From an uncultured bacterium (GTDB taxonomy: Bacteria > Edwardsbacteria > AC1 > EtOH8), in contig CAWAAX010000004.1 in NCBI GenBank assembly GCA_963780225.1, positions 32,001 to 96,000 of the forward strand: a DNA stretch of 64,000 bases, in the 5' to 3' direction. Numbering within the stretch: the stretch's first letter is position 1; every line of letters starts with the position of its first letter. The notes beneath the pieces are model-generated. The model was not told the origin of the DNA, searched no databases, and saw only the letters and a list, made by a program, of their open reading frames with translations. Made by a program: the position numbers and the translations under genes. Below are positions 61,670-64,000 of the stretch, in pieces.

Positions 61670-61918
61670 ATGGAAAAAGAGAAAAAGCATTGGTTCCTGG
61701 CGCTCGGTTACAGGCTATGGGTGCCCATTTCCTGGGAAGGCTGGGTAGTAATGATCTTTTTTGTGGGCGTACTTCTTTTGATCCGGCAGGTAAACATGGC
61801 CACGTTCGGTAATGGGGCATTTGATTTCTCCAAGCATTGGCCGATGATGCTGGAGCTGGGGGCCACGATCTTTGCGATATATTGGGTGACCCGGGGGCGC
61901 GTGAAGAAAAATAATTAG
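61670..61918 (+). CDS. Small two-TM membrane protein
   Basis: WF..GY..W.PISWEGW; GAGG RBS. Confidence 0.72.
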   Translation: MEKEKKHWFLALGYRLWVPISWEGWVVMIFFVGVLLLIRQVNMATFGNGAFDFSKHWPMMLELGATIFAIYWVTRGRVKKNN

Positions 61919-61989
61919 AATATACTTACCAAAGAGGACATTGCAAGTATCTTTGATTCCGGTTTCTGCAGACTGTCTAATTAAAAAAT

Positions 61990-62790
61990 ATGATATTCGA
62001 AAAAATAATAAACCAGGACCTGGATTTTCTTGGTTCCTTGCAGCCCGAGGGTTGGGGCGATATAATCCCGGCCTTCAAGTTTTACCTGGAATTTCCGTTC
62101 TGTTTTCCGGTAAAAACAAAGGTCAACGAAAAGATCGCCGGCATTGGCGCGGCCATCATCCTGAAAGACACGGCCTGGCTGGCCCACATCATCGTGAACC
62201 ACGAAAACAGGAAACAGGGCATCGGCGGCGCTATCACCGCTCACTTGCTGGACATCACCCGGGAACAGGGATGCAAAACGGTTTCGTTGATCGCCACCGA
62301 CCTGGGCCGCCCGGTCTACCAAAAAATTGGCTTTACGGACCAGGAGGATTATGTCTTTTACGAAAGGGAAGCCCCGCTGGAAAGCGGGAATCCTTCTGCA
62401 GATATTGCCATTTGCCGGGAGGAACACCGGGCCGGTATACTGGAGTTGGACCGGGCTCTATCCGGTGAGAATCGTGAGCAGTTGTTGGAGCCCAAGCTGG
62501 GGGGGTCCTTTGTGCATCAAAGCAACGGTAAGATAGACGGCTACTATATTCCCGATCTGGGCGAGGGCCTGGTAATGGCCGACAACGAACGGGCCGGGCT
62601 GGATCTTTTAAAGCTGAAACTATCGCGTTCCAACAAGAACGTGCTGCCGGCCGGCAATAGCCGGGGCATGGCCTTCATGCTGGAGAATGGTTTTAAGGAA
62701 ACCAAACTGGCCAAGCGAATGGTCTGGGGCCAAAGGTTTGGTTGGCAGCCGGAAAAAATGTTCGGCCGGATCGCAGGCAACCTGGGATAA
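61990..62790 (+). CDS. GNAT-family N-acetyltransferase
   Basis: WLAHIIV..RKQGIG, LIAT..G.PVYQKIGF. Confidence 0.87.
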   Translation: MIFEKIINQDLDFLGSLQPEGWGDIIPAFKFYLEFPFCFPVKTKVNEKIAGIGAAIILKDTAWLAHIIVNHENRKQGIGGAITAHLLDITREQGCKTVSLIATDLGRPVYQKIGFTDQEDYVFYEREAPLESGNPSADIAICREEHRAGILELDRALSGENREQLLEPKLGGSFVHQSNGKIDGYYIPDLGEGLVMADNERAGLDLLKLKLSRSNKNVLPAGNSRGMAFMLENGFKETKLAKRMVWGQRFGWQPEKMFGRIAGNLG

Positions 62791-62841
62791 AAGGATAAGA
62801 TCATAAGCACGTTATCACAATAAACACAAAAATCATTTCCC

Positions 62842-63666
62842 ATGTCCCAACTTTTCCCCATAGGCATCTTCGACTCCGGCTTCGGCGGGCTGACCATCTT
62901 CAAACAGATCCGCCGGCTGCTGCCGCAGTACGACTACATCTACCTGGGCGACAACGCCCGCACCCCTTACGGCAACCGCTCCTTTGAAACGGTCTTGAAA
63001 TTCGCCACCGAAGGGGTGGACTATCTTTTTAAACAGGGCTGTCCCCTGGTGCTGATCGCCTGCAACACAGCGTCGGCCAAGGCCCTGCGCAGCATCCAGC
63101 AGCAGTACCTGCCCAAACACTATCCCGAACGCCGGGTGCTGGGGGTGATAAGGCCCACGGTGGAGGTCATCCACAACTATACCAAGACCAATCAAGTGGC
63201 GCTGTGGGCCACCCAGGGCACGGTCCGCTCCGACAGCTTTGCCATCGAGATCGCCAAGCACGCCCCCGGGGTCAACCTGGTCCAGCAGGCCTGCCCCATG
63301 CTGGTGCCGCTGGTGGAGGCTGGGGAGCTGGAGGGCGAAGGACTGAAATACTACATTCAAAAATACTGGGACCAGACCCGATCCCAAAACCCTAAAATCG
63401 ACACGCTATTACTGGCCTGCACCCATTATCCCCTGATCCTGCCGCAGATCAAGGCGCTGCTTCCTTCGGAGGTCCGGATACTTTCCCAGGATGAATTAGT
63501 GGCGCCGAGTCTCAAAGACTACCTGGCCCGGCACCCGGAGCATGAGTCCAAGGTCTCCAAACACGGGAATTGCCGCTACCTGACCACCGACGCCTGCGAG
63601 CATTTTGACCACCTGGGAGAGATATTCATGGGGCAGAAGATAGCTTCGGAGAAGGTGGACCTCTGA
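62842..63666 (+). CDS. murI: Glutamate racemase
   Basis: IGIFDSGFGGLT, DNARTPYG, ACNTAS, LACTHYP. Confidence 0.96.
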   Translation: MSQLFPIGIFDSGFGGLTIFKQIRRLLPQYDYIYLGDNARTPYGNRSFETVLKFATEGVDYLFKQGCPLVLIACNTASAKALRSIQQQYLPKHYPERRVLGVIRPTVEVIHNYTKTNQVALWATQGTVRSDSFAIEIAKHAPGVNLVQQACPMLVPLVEAGELEGEGLKYYIQKYWDQTRSQNPKIDTLLLACTHYPLILPQIKALLPSEVRILSQDELVAPSLKDYLARHPEHESKVSKHGNCRYLTTDACEHFDHLGEIFMGQKIASEKVDL

Positions 63667-63818
63667 GAACTGGGAGTTGAAACGATGGGACTTTACTATC
63701 CGCAGATTAAGCAGATTAAATCAATTCACCACAGAACCCTTTTCACCAGAAGTGTCAATAAGTGTCCAAAAAAGTTTCTGGTAAATGTTGATTATCAATC
63801 AAAAATAGCCAGGCTGAA

Positions 63819-64000
63819 ATGAAACTATTTAATTTCAACTCAACATCCGAACCCGTCTATCAAATGCTGGAGTCAGCCAGTGACCGGTGGAAGCCGTCTG
63901 ACGACCTGCTTGACGTGCTTAAGAAGATAGACGAGTTCCTGAAGATCCTGCCGGAACTATCGGGGAACATCAGCGCCCTGGCCGCCGAGGAGAAGGGGCA
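63819..64000 (+). CDS. Partial ORF running off window end (MKLFNFNSTSEP...)
   Basis: Open frame of 60 codons with host-like codon usage. Confidence 0.5.
   Translation, partial: MKLFNFNSTSEPVYQMLESASDRWKPSDDLLDVLKKIDEFLKILPELSGNISALAAEEKG

Overview
Mostly housekeeping chromosome of a GC-rich, diderm, probably anaerobic bacterium (LpxH, Lnt, TonB/BtuB, 2-oxoacid:ferredoxin oxidoreductase, rubredoxin); an uncultured candidate-phylum lineage is plausible but cannot be proven from the window. It has about 55 CDS (rsgA-like GTPase, UbiA, AmmeMemoRadiSam B/A, RAYT-like transposase, PRC/MgtE-N/CBS plus NRAMP, YgiQ, CCA enzyme, tig-clpP, DUF4159 operon, M18 peptidase, SurA/PpiD, eno-ftsB, korA/korB, AddAB-like, lnt, purN, btu operon, amidase, murI), five tRNAs and a cobalamin riboswitch. 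The most unusual signal is non-coding. (1) An AT-rich GxxExxY nuclease-family gene sits between korA and korB, bracketed by two tandem arrays (66-bp and 62/63-bp periods) whose cores are inverted repeats of each other and which copy the adjacent gene ends. (2) A family of 23-41-bp CTGAG...CGAA hairpin micro-elements is inserted in frame in proteins, in short-period repeats and inside each other. (3) A uORF plus double-terminator leader precedes the rsgA-like gene. (4) A tRNA-Ser-derived mini element follows its tRNA. Two genes have single-base frameshifts. All calls were made by eye from motifs; no database searches were run.
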